NCBI GenBank assembly: GCA_964415565.1 | Contig: CAYQAV010000131.1 | Span: 291-64,290, forward strand | Direction: 5' to 3' | Length of the DNA: 64,000 nt | From: an uncultured Candidatus Peribacteria bacterium | GTDB taxonomy: Bacteria; Patescibacteriota; Gracilibacteria; BD1-5; UBA6164 | Translations under genes and position numbers: made by a program | The notes under the pieces: generated by a model | Told to the model about the DNA's origin: nothing | The model's database searches: none | The model's input: only the letters and a program-made list of their open reading frames with translations | Shown: positions 54,413 to 64,000 of the stretch, one piece after another | How positions within the stretch are numbered: the stretch's first letter is position 1 | Layout: every line of letters begins with the position of its first letter

Positions 54413-55015
54413 TTATTTTGTTTCTTCAACAGGAGTTTCAACTACAACTGTCTCTTCAATTTCAACTTTAGCTGGTTTATTTGCAGATACAACTATATCA
54501 TCAGAATTAGCATGAATTTCAAATTTATCAGAAATTTCTAAATCAGAAATCCTAATAACATCTCAAATTTCAACTAATTTTGATAAATCAACTACAAAAG
54601 AATCTACTAAATCTTTAGGTAAAACTTTTACTTCTATTTCTTTGATATGTTCTTCTAATATAGCACCTTCTTTTATAGCTTTTGAATTACCAACAAAAGA
54701 TAAATGAATTTTAGTATGAACTTTTTCACCTTTAGTAATAGCAATAAAGTCAATATGTTGAAAATCTCAGTTAACTGGTTCTCTTTGAATATCATGAACT
54801 AAAACTTCAATAGATTTTTTTTCTATTTTTATATTAATAATATGAGATTCTCAAGATATTCTAAATAGTTTTAAAAACTCTGAATAATCTATTTTTATAG
54901 CTATAGGTTCTTGTTTTTTTCAGTAAACTACAGCTGGTATCATTTTTGCCGCTCTTATTTCTTTGTTTTTTTCCTCAGTATTTCTAATTTGAGCATTTAA
55001 ATTTAGGTTTTCCAT
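54413..55015 (-). CDS. rplY: 50S ribosomal protein L25/general stress protein Ctc (200 aa)
   Basis: NLNAQIRNTEEKNKEIRAAKMIPAVVYGKKQEPIAIKID..HIINIKIE..VLVHDIQREPVNGDFQHIDF. Confidence 0.9.
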
Positions 55016-55165
55016 AGTCTTGATTTGATATATAATAATATTTTAAATTAAAAAGCCTGCAAATTCTAATCATAAAACTTAAATTTGCAAAACTTTTTTG
55101 AAAAATTCTATTTTTATGTTTTAAATATAAAATTGCAGTTTTAAACTTTTATTTTTTTTGCAATT

Positions 55166-57061
55166 TTATCTAATTATAATTTTATTATCACTTATTTCAA
55201 AAGTTAGTTTGTATAATCAAGATTCATTTAATACCAATATTTCTCAATCATAATTTATATAAAAATCTTTAATTATTTTAGTATTTCATTCAATTTGTCA
55301 TACATATGTTAAATTTTGAGTATTTTTATAGTTAGTAGTATTTGGTTTAAATATCCAAATTTTATTGTTTAATAAAATATAAACATAATTTAGATTAGCT
55401 CTAGCAATTATACTTGTACTTTTTCACTCTTCTAATACATAACTTTTAGGTAATTTATTTATCATTATTGATTCAAGTCTATATGGTGAAGAAAAAAATT
55501 TAACTATTGATAAATCTTTTTTTAACATATAAAATCATCAATCAATCGCAATTGATAATACATCTCAAATTTGTTTTAAGTCTTCATCTTTTAAATATGA
55601 TTCTGCTGCTTTGAAATTATCTCAAGAAGCAATATGTTTATTTAATTGATTATTAGTTCATAGAGTATATATATTTGTTGAATATGTGCTAATTGATTTA
55701 ATATCTTCCCATTTAGTTTGTCATATTACATTCACGAAATTAAAATATCAATTTTTTGTAAATTTAACTATTTTAGATGTATTTGTTAATAAAAATAAAT
55801 TGTTATCTATAAATAATCAATCAATAAAATATTCGTTTTCAGCTAAATTATTAAAAGTATATATTTGAGGTTTTGCTGTTGATAATATAGGTCATACAAC
55901 TCATTTTTTCTCAATTATATAAGGAATTAAATTATTTTTAGCTATTTTTACTGTGTTATTTCATTCTATCAATTGAATTAAATTATTTTCATTTTCTTCA
56001 AATATTTCTATTTTATTGAATTGTTTTTTTAATATATTTATACTTTCAGTTAATTTTGCTAAATCTCATAAATATATTTCTTGTTTTTGTACTTCGGAAA
56101 CTAAAGTTTCAGCTTCTTTTATATTTTTTTCAAATGCATCTGGATTTGCTATATTTTCAGATGCCTGACTAATAATATTTTTAATTTCATTTATGTTTAC
56201 TTTTGCAGTTTCTTTAACTTCTGTTTGAGTAGTTATTGAAACTATTGTTGAAAGTGAATAATACAAGAAAAATACTGCAATACTAATTCATCAAATTAGA
56301 ATTATATTTTTTATAAGTTTAGATTGTGTTTTTAATTTATCAAATACAATTAAACTTTTTCATATTATTTTTTTTGAAAAATTATTGTCTATAGCTTTTG
56401 CTAAATGATTTTTTAATATTTCAAATTTTTCATTTTCTTTTATATATTTTTTACTTTTAAATTTCATTGAACTAACTAGACAATTAGAATCAAGAATTTC
56501 ACTTTTTAGTATATTTTTAATATTTTTATTAAAAATTTTTATATCTTCTGAAAGTATCAATCAGTCAATAATATCACTTTTAGATAGAAAATTTAATAAT
56601 TCAATAGTTGAAGAAATAACTATTTCTCAAGAAGTTAATTTTCATTCTGAAATATATGAAAATTCTTCTTTATTTTCTCATTTTTCAGTTAATTCAATTA
56701 TTTCAGAGTTTTTGTTTATAAGACAAGCAGATGATTTTCAAATATTTGAAAATGTATAAATATTTTCATTTAGTATTCAAATAATCATATCAAGTTCATC
56801 CTTTTGTTCTTGATCTTGTTTCCAATTTTTAATATATAAATTTATATGCTCTAATGCAATCATAAAATCATTATAAGTATCTGTTTTACTTATTTTATCT
56901 ATTAAATACTCAAGAGTATTATTTAATAAATTTTCAGCTAATTTTTGGCTTGAAGAACTTATTAATATAAAACATTCTAGATTATTATCTAGATTTATAT
57001 TTCTTTTTATAATTGTATTTTGTTTTTCAAAATCTACTTTTTTTACACTAATTTCAAACAT
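55166..57061 (-). CDS. membrane protein with degenerate PP2C-like N-terminal domain and beta-rich C-terminal domain (631 aa)
   Basis: Track ORFs 56777..57061, 56360..56560 and 56066..56266 share one frame and join through TGA. GILNENIYTFSNIGKSSACLINKNSEIIELT..LTSGEIVISSTIELLNFLS resembles the PPM fold. TM helix IILIGGISIAVFFLYYSLSTIV. Confidence 0.55.
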
Positions 57062-57184
57062 TTTTATTTTATTAAAAATTATTTTTCCTTTAAAAAATTA
57101 TATAAAAAAGTTTTAAATTTCAAAATTGAAATATATTTTTTTTTAAATATAATTTAAATCTAAATATATTTTAACTTCAAAAAA

Positions 57185-58447
57185 TTGTTATTAGTAAGAT
57201 GAAAAAAAGAACTTATTTGAAAAGTTCAAATAAGTGGTTCAAAAAATGCAGCACTACCTATGCTTTGAGCGGCTTTACTTTTAAACTGAAAAGTTAAATT
57301 AAAATCTATGCCTAAAATTTGAGATGTTCAAACATTTCTTGATATTTTGGAATGAATTTGAGTTAAGTATTCTTGGGAAGGGAATACATTATTTTTTGAT
57401 TCATCAAATATAAATAATGTTAATCTTAATTTTGAAAAGATAAAAAAAATCAGATCTTCTATTTTCTTACTTTCACCATTATTACATTTTTTTGGTAAGA
57501 TAAAAATACCATTTCCAGGTTGATGTAGCATAGGTAAGAGACCAATTGATGCACATTTAAATTGATTGGAAGCAATTTGATATAATTATACTTTTGAAAA
57601 TGACGAAATTATTCTTGATTGAGTTTTAAAAAGTTGAGACAAGATTTTAAATGCTTGATTTTGAGTTAGCTCAACTGAAAATTTAATTGTTGCAAATGTA
57701 CTTAGAAATTGAGTAACAATTATAAAATCGGCAGCAATAGAACCACATGTTATGAATTTAATTAGTTTTCTAAGAAGGGCAGGAGCTGACATAAAGATAA
57801 GATATAATCATGAAATTATTATATCTTGAGTTAGTAAATTATCGTCAGATTTTGAATTTGAAGTTGTTACTGATTATATAGAATCAGGAACATATATGAT
57901 TATTTGAGCATTAGCTTCAAAAGAATACTTGGATATAGTTGATGCAAGAATAGATGATTTATATGTTTTTATAGAAAAATTAAAGGAAGCTTGAGTAAGA
58001 GTAGAAGATTTATGAAATGATACACTTAGAGTTTATAGAGCTGAAAAATTAAAAGCTATACAAGTACAAACAAATTTATTTCCAGGTTTTCCAACAGATT
58101 TACAATCGCCATTTGCTATACTTCAATCGCAAGCAGAGTGAGTAAGTAAGATTCATGAAGTATTATTTGAATGAAGATTAAATTTTTTAGTAGAACTTGA
58201 AAAAATGAGAGCAAATGTTGCAGTTATGAATCCTCATGAAGCACTTATATTTTGACCAAATAAGTTAAAATGAGGTGTTACAGTAACTTCTTGGGATTTA
58301 AGAGCATGAGCTGCAATGGTTATTGCTTGACTTATAGCCGAATGAGAAACAAAAATTACAAATGTTGAATACATATATAGATGATATGAAGATTTTGTAA
58401 ATAAATTAAAAGATATATGAGCTGATTTAGAAGAAGTTAATGATTAA
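57185..58447 (+). CDS. murA: UDP-N-acetylglucosamine 1-carboxyvinyltransferase (420 aa, TTG start assumed)
   Basis: LLVRGKKELIGKVQISGSKNAALPMLGAALL, GGCSIGKRPID (active-site Cys), SSTENLIVANVL, AIEPHVMNL, TDLQSPFAIL, GYEDFVNKL. No in-frame ATG occurs between the upstream TAA (57161) and the conserved N-terminus. Confidence 0.85.
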
Positions 58448-58465
58448 TTTTTAAAATAAAGTATT

Positions 58466-58657
58466 ATGAGAGCATTTTGAATATTTTTAATAATTTTTTG
58501 AGCTATAATTATTTATTTTCCTGAAATTATAGCTTATTTATTATGATGATTATTAGTTTTTATATGATTTAATATATTATGATTTGGTATCATATCTAAA
58601 AAGAAAAATCCAACTGAAAATTATGTTAAATTTTGAAACTACAAAATTTTTAGGTAA
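58466..58657 (+). CDS. small two-helix membrane protein (63 aa)
   Basis: MRAFGIFLIIFGAIIIYFPEIIAYLLGGLLVFIGFNILGFGIISKKK...; followed by a terminator (aaagagagtttt/aaaactctcttt). Confidence 0.45.
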
Positions 58658-58736
58658 AAAGAGAGTTTTTTAAAACTCTCTTTTTATTTTGTTAAAAAAT
58701 TATATAATAAAACTAATTTAAAAATAAATTTAATAT

Positions 58737-59711
58737 ATGTTAGAGTCAATTTTTATATACATATTACTTTTTTTGATTTCATTTTTTCCAATTGTTATTT
58801 GGGCTTATTCATTTTCATTTATAGATGATAATCCACTTAATAAAAAGAGATTTATGGTTTGAATCTTGTGATGAATCTTGTCTGTAATCCCTATATTACA
58901 TTTAGATAAGATTATGAACTTTTTGAACTTTGAATATTTAAATGTTTTTTATTTTGCATCTAAGATAAAAGATTTACTTACAAGTTTTGAATTTTGAGTT
59001 TCTCTTAGTTTATTTTTATTTTTAGTTGTTATATTTTCGTTTTTTCTAGGTTGATTTTTTAAGCAAAAATCTAGTATATTAAAAATTTATATTAAAAATA
59101 TAATTAGTTTTTTGATATTTATATTTATCTTAAGTTTTGTTTTATTTATAGTGAATTTTTTATTACAAAAAGTAGATTTTAGCATAGAAAATCCGATAAT
59201 GTTTTGAACTATTATTTTCAATACATTTAAATTAGTTATATTTTATTATGTAATAGTTGCTTTTATCGAAGAAGCATCTAAGCATTTTAATTTTTTACAA
59301 TCAAGTGTTTTTTATATAAAAAATGTAAAAGATTGAGTTTTATATGCTATATTTGTAGCTCTTTGATTTAGTTTTATAGAAAATATGTTATATCTATATA
59401 ATTATTATTTAGTATCTGGTTTATCTTTTGAGCTTATAAAATTGTATTTTTTCCGTTCCGCTTTTTCAATTATGGTTCACATCTTATCAAGTAGTGTTTT
59501 AGCTTATTATTTTTCAAAAGCACTTATTTTATATAGATGAAAAGATTTAAGTTTGCCTTATTTAAAGATATTTTCTTACGGTTTATTACTAAGCATAGTT
59601 CTGCATCTTATTTTTGATGTTGCTCTTACACTAGGTTTTATTTTTATTATTTTTATATATTTTATTTGAGGATATCTTTATGTAAGTTTTATATTTTATA
59701 AGGAAGACTAA
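58737..59711 (+). CDS. PrsW-like intramembrane protease family protein (324 aa)
   Basis: Multi-pass membrane protein with VAFIEEASKH (EExxK) and FSIMVHILSS / HLIFD motifs. Confidence 0.6.
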
Positions 59712-59829
59712 ACTTAAAAATATAATAACTATATTGTCTAGTCATAATTTTTTGAAAAGAGTATGTATTATATATAATTTGTTTAGTTATAATAATATTA
59801 GGCTAATGTAAAAATTGTGTGCTAGAAAT

Positions 59830-60399
59830 TTATAAATTTCTTTCATAAAGCCATAGTGAAATAAACGAAATTAATCTCTTTAAATCTTTTCAACAATTAC
59901 TCTGAGGTTTCTTTGAAATATTATTTTTAATCTATCTTTTTATATGAGTCAAACATCTTTGAATTTTAGCATTTGGAAATACTTTTTCAATTGCTTTTTT
60001 AATATTTTTAGCTCATTCTACAACAACTCACTCTATTTGATATTTAAATTCATCTTTAAGAACTTTCAAGTCTTCTTTTATATATTCATATCTTTCTGAA
60101 TTATAAAATCAAAAATAGATTACTTTTTTATTTATATAATCATAGTAAATAATTAAACAAATCTTTTTAGTAATCCAAGTTCAATCAATCATAATATATT
60201 TAACATTATCAAAAATTAGATCAATTTGATATATAAAATTATTATCTAATTTTCCTCTGATATATTTTAATAAATCTAGTGTATATTTTGATTTTTGAAG
60301 TCATAATTGTCTTGATGAATATCATTCAGTTAACCAATCAGTAAATATTTTTTCTAATTTAATTTGATGGATTTTTGTATCATGATTTTGCGTGACGAA
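59830..60399 (-). pseudogene. relic of an IS256/Mutator-type DDE transposase
   Basis: ..IMIDGTWITKKICLIIYYDY..VVVEGAKNIKKAIEKVFPNAKIQRCLTHIKR-TAG-IKNNISKKPQSNCGKDLKRLI. No start codon at the open end (TAG at 60400-60402), an in-frame TAG at 59932-59934, and the C-terminal catalytic region is missing. Confidence 0.55.
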
Positions 60400-60517
60400 C
60401 TAAGATTATAGTTTTTATATTATTTATAAATATTTTTAAATATAATTATTTATTATTATATTGCAATTTACTCTAAAAAACTATAATTAAACTAAAGTAT
60501 TTTTAACACAAAAAAAT

Positions 60518-61030
60518 ATGCTGTACGAAAAAATAAAGCAAACCTTAAAAGAAAAAGATATTTATTTTGATGAAATAAAACATGAAGTTTCTGAAACTTG
60601 TGATGATTCAAAGAAATTTAGGATTGAGGCTTGATTGGATTGAGTATGAAGTAAGAATATAGTTTTTCATGCTAAGTGAGAATTTTATCTTGTTACTACG
60701 ATTTGAGACAAAGAAATAAAAGCAAGGAAATTTAAAAAAGAATTTTGCACAAAAGATATCAGATTTGCTTACGGGGAGGAAATTAAAAGTCTACTTTGAG
60801 CAACTATTTGAAGTATTCCACCATTTGGTTTTTGAAATGAAAATATAAAAATATTTATTGATAAAGAAATATTTTTTCATGATTATTTTATGTTTAACCC
60901 TTGAATTCCTACAAAAACAATTAGAGTTAAAACTTCGGATTTATTACAGATATATAAATCACTTAAAAATGAAATAAAAATCTTTGATTTTTCTATGGAA
61001 GATGCAAGTTTTGAGGAATTAATTAAATAA
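60518..61030 (+). CDS. YbaK/ProX-type aminoacyl-tRNA editing domain protein (170 aa)
   Basis: GSKNIVFHAKGEFYLVTTIGDKEIKARKF..GATIGSIPPFGF..FMFNPG. Confidence 0.75.
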
Positions 61031-61052
61031 CTTATTTTTTAAATATATAAAA

Positions 61053-62411
61053 ATGAATGTAGATATAATCTTACAATTTTTTTTAGCAATGTGACTTTGA
61101 GCTCTTGTTTGAATGGAAAGATGAATAAATGAAAAAACTAAATTACTTAGTAAATCATCTATTTCTTTTTGAGATATAAGAACTTTTTCTTTGATTGCAC
61201 TTATGTGAGCTATAAGTACATATTTAACTATGGATTCTGGTAATATTTTTTTTATAGCCTGAGCTTTGGTTATAGTATGACTTTTTATATTGGTTTATTA
61301 TACTTATAGTATTTTTAAAGAAAAACAATTTTGATTAACTACAGAATTAGCATCAATTATAACATTTTTTCTTTGAGTTTTTATTATGGTTTGATATTCA
61401 CAAATTGCAATAATCATGTCTATTGTTTTGACATTTTTATTATCATCTAAATGACTTTTGACTACTATTCTTGATAAAGTTAGTAGAGAAGAGTTAAATA
61501 ATACGATAAAATTTGCGGTTATATCAATGGTTGTTCTACCTCTTTTACCAAATGAAAAATTTTCTATTTCAGAATTATTGAGTTATATTTGATATACAAA
61601 TCCAATAAATAACAATATATTAAATCTAGAATTTTTAAATTTTTATTGAATTTGGTTTTTCGTAGTTTTGATGTCAGCAATTTCATATGCATGATATGTA
61701 ATGAGTAAAGTTATTTGAGAAAAAGGTAGTATTTTGGCAAGTTGAGCTATTGGTTGACTTGTGTCAAGTACGGCAGTTGCAGCTTCTATGTCAGAATCAA
61801 GTAAAAATGATTTTAAAAATACTTCTATGTATGTAGTTTCTACTCTTTTAGCTTCAACAATAATGTTTGTTAGAGTTATAATTATAGTATTATTTTTTAA
61901 TATAAATATGATTTCTTCAATACTTCTGCCAAGTTTATTAATGCTTTGTTGAATGATTTTATATATGGTATATTTTTATCATAGTTCTATAAATAAGGAA
62001 TTAAAAGTTGAAACATTAAATTTTGAAGAAAAGAAATACAGTAGCCCTTTTAGTGTTGCTCCAGCATTAAAATTTGCATTATTTGTATTATTTATTAAAT
62101 TTGTTGCTTGAGTTTGATCTTTGTATCAAGATGTTTGGTGAGATTATTTTTTCTATGTATTATGAGTTATATCATGACTTGCAGATGTAGATGCGATAAG
62201 TCAAACAATGTCAGTTGATGCAATTGACTGAAAAGTATCAGCTGAACTTGCTGCAATGACTATAATTATAGCAGTTATTTCAAACAATTTAGTTAAGTGA
62301 TCTATTGCTATTAAATTTTGAGAAAAGAAGTTTTGAAATTCAGTTATGATGTGATTTGTGGTTTCTATGATTATGTGAATTGTTGGGATTGTGTTCTTAA
62401 AAGTAGTGTAA
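61053..62411 (+). CDS. MgtC/SapB-family + DUF4010 membrane protein (452 aa)
   Basis: QFFLAMGLGALVGMERG (MgtC N-terminal motif), then about 10 hydrophobic helices. Track ORF 61761..61952 is in the same frame. Confidence 0.75.
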
Positions 62412-62414
62412 AAC

Positions 62415-62447
62415 AAAAAAAGTTCTAGAAAATCTAGAACTTTTTTT
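62415..62447 (+). terminator. intrinsic terminator after the MgtC-like gene
   Basis: aaaaaaAGTTCTAGA-aaa-TCTAGAACTttttttt. Confidence 0.75.
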
Positions 62448-62464
62448 GTAAAATATTTTATGTC

Positions 62465-62786
62465 CTTTTGTGAAATATCTTCATACTTTTGTCACCAAAA
62501 GGTAGCAAAAGTTTTAGGGGTTTTTGAACTAGCTTGTTAAGTTTTATCTCTTACGGCTAATAATCACTATCTCAACCTCTAAGACCCCTGGATGTTTCTA
62601 GAAGTTTTTTAAAAAATAATTTTAAGAAAAAAAATGCAATATAACACTCAATGAGAATTTACATCTGTTTTGTGCTCATTGCGGATTTTTAAGGCTGCAT
62701 AAGCCTTAAAGAATTTTGGTACCTTTTGGTCACAAAAGTACATATTGTTTTCTTTTGGTTACAAAAGTAGGAAGTGTTTTCTTTTG
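62465..62786. repeat. cluster of CTTTTG/CAAAAG hexamers including three 16-bp palindromes CTTTTG-N4-CAAAAG
   Basis: Palindromes at 62486-62501 (tcac spacer), 62723-62738 (gtca) and 62752-62767 (gtta). Extra half-sites at 62465, 62506 and 62781. No convincing ORF on either strand. Confidence 0.7.
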
Positions 62787-62838
62787 CCTTTAATCATATT
62801 TAAAATATAATCAACTTATTATTAATAATAAAAAATAA

Positions 62839-63945
62839 ATGAAATTTGTATTATCAACAATCGCTTGAGTAGAAAGTATGGCAAAAAAAGAAATAGAAAA
62901 ACAAGGTTGAATTATAGAAGAAACTATAGATAGACTTATAACTTTTTCATGACCAATTGAACTTATTCCTAGAATAAATTTATGGTCTAGAGTATGAAAT
63001 AAAATGTATATTTTATTAGCAGAAAAGGAAAATGTAGTTACATTTGATGAACTTTTTGATTTAGTTTCAACTATTTCTTGGAAGAGTTATTTTAAAAAAA
63101 ATTTTCCTATTATTGTGAAATCAAACTCTACTAGAAGTGAACTTTTTTCTGAGAGAACGCTTCAAAGTTTAACTAAAAAAGCGATTATAAAATCAAGAGT
63201 TTGAAATGATTGAATAGTTGATGAAGATATTTCTTTAGAAAAAATGGAAATTTTGGTTTTACTTATTGATAATAAAACTAGAATTTTACTAAATACTTCT
63301 TGAAATGCTCTGCATATGAGAGGTTATAGAAGTAAAGCTTGAGAAGCTCCTATAAAAGAATCTCTTGCGGCAGCTCTTGTTTTATTATCTGGTTGGAAAT
63401 TTAGAGAACCATTTTATGATGTTTTCTGTGGTTCTTGAACTATTGCAATTGAGGCTCTTATGCTTGCAAAAAATATAGCACCAGGACTTAAAAGAAAATT
63501 TGCTTTTGAAAAATTATGATTAGTAAATCCTGAAATAATAGAAAATGAAAGAGTTTTAGCTAGTAAAAAACAATTTGCTTGAGAATATATAATTAGAGCA
63601 ACTGATATAGATCCTGAGATGATAGAATTAGCAAAAGAAAATGCTAGAATTGCATGATTAGGATGAGAAATAAATTTTGAAGTAAAAGATTTCAGAGAAT
63701 ATATGGATAAACCAATTTCATGAACTCTTGTTTCAAATCCTCCTTATGGAGAAAGATTGAAAGATGAAAATTTAAAATCTATGTATAATTCGATAGATAA
63801 ATTATTTAGATTAAATCCAGATTTAAATGGTTGAATAATTTCTAGTCTTATGGAATTTGATAATTTGATTAAAAAAGAAACATACAAAAAAAGAAAACTT
63901 TATAATGGTGGGGAAATGTGTTATTTTTGGAAGAAAAAAATATAA
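62839..63945 (+). CDS. THUMP-domain SAM-dependent RNA methyltransferase (RlmL/UPF0020-like, 368 aa)
   Basis: THUMP-like N-terminal half, [36 protein letters not shown] (motif I), [11 protein letters not shown] (motif IV). Confidence 0.8.
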
Positions 63946-64000
63946 TTTTTTATTCATTTTATTAATTTATACTTGAGCAAATTAGTCATTTATTTTTAAT

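Noticed and set aside
57199-57297. The ATG at 57199 as the murA start.
   Set aside because: It is out of frame with the conserved MurA sequence and terminates after 32 codons (TAA at 57295-57297). TTG 57185 is in frame, though an assembly indel remains possible.
62461-62540. Short ORFs in the 62461-62838 spacer (MSFCEISSYFCHQKVAKVLGVFELAC from ATG 62460; MQYNTQGEFTSVLCSLRIFKAA from ATG 62634).
   Set aside because: They are 22-26 codons long, with no recognisable motif or convincing start context, and they overlap the palindromes. They are more likely incidental.
62556-62582. A tmRNA-like tag reading frame (GCT AAT AAT CAC TAT CTC AAC CTC TAA = ANNHYLNL*) within the structured non-coding region.
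   Set aside because: No tRNA-like acceptor or T-arm (no GGTTCGAATCC-like sequence, no 3' CCA context) is found nearby on either strand, and the tag does not end in the usual hydrophobic Ala-rich motif.
1-64000. UGA = Trp (code 4, Mycoplasma/Spiroplasma type) as the explanation for the fragmented ORFs.
   Set aside because: TGA falls on invariant Gly positions (P-loops, LSGGQ, GGGIG, GXGXXG of TrxB), while conserved Trp positions are TGG. Substituting Trp would destroy the nucleotide-binding loops.

Overview
Very AT-rich, gene-dense bacterial DNA, roughly one quarter G+C by eye. The supplied six-frame track looks shattered because it uses the standard code. If TGA is read as glycine (translation table 25, used by Gracilibacteria/BD1-5 and Absconditabacteria/SR1), the fragments fuse into about 65 full-length genes. 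TGA then falls on invariant Gly positions (P-loops, LSGGQ, the GGGIG motif of NrdA), while Trp stays TGG. I re-derived all coordinates by hand under that code, so starts may be off by a few codons. Content includes housekeeping genes: secA, ruvA, rmuC, hflX, tsaD, tyrS, murA, rplY, ttcA, ung, comM, a holB-like gene, DAHP synthase and the mtnN-luxS-apt trio. There is a 12-kb ribonucleotide-reductase block (nrdA, nrdD, nrdG, nrdR, nrdB, trxB) with extra passenger genes. Other genes cover cell-envelope glycosyl and pyruvyl transferases, lemA, several lipoproteins and secreted proteins, and a pilin-like NHL protein. I found no rRNA, tRNA or CRISPR array. The observations I rate most worth a second look are: (1) Two genes look written for the standard code: a CDP-alcohol phosphatidyltransferase (43749-44504) and a small membrane ORF (20719-21003). 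They have the only canonical Shine-Dalgarno sites I found, no sense TGA, and a terminal TGA at or in a terminator hairpin. (2) The class III RNR is split, with its glycyl-radical domain on a separate 62-codon ORF and the radical glycine encoded by TGA. (3) A Phe-rich leader peptide plus terminator lies upstream of the DAHP synthase gene, a candidate attenuator. (4) A 3.6-kb cassette next to comM is bracketed by 55-bp direct repeats. It carries a Schlafen/AlbA_2-type protein, a HARE-HTH nuclease candidate and a D12 adenine methylase. (5) A 378-bp non-coding region (62461-62838) is saturated with CTTTTG/CAAAAG palindromes. All family assignments rest on motifs I recognised by eye, not on searches.
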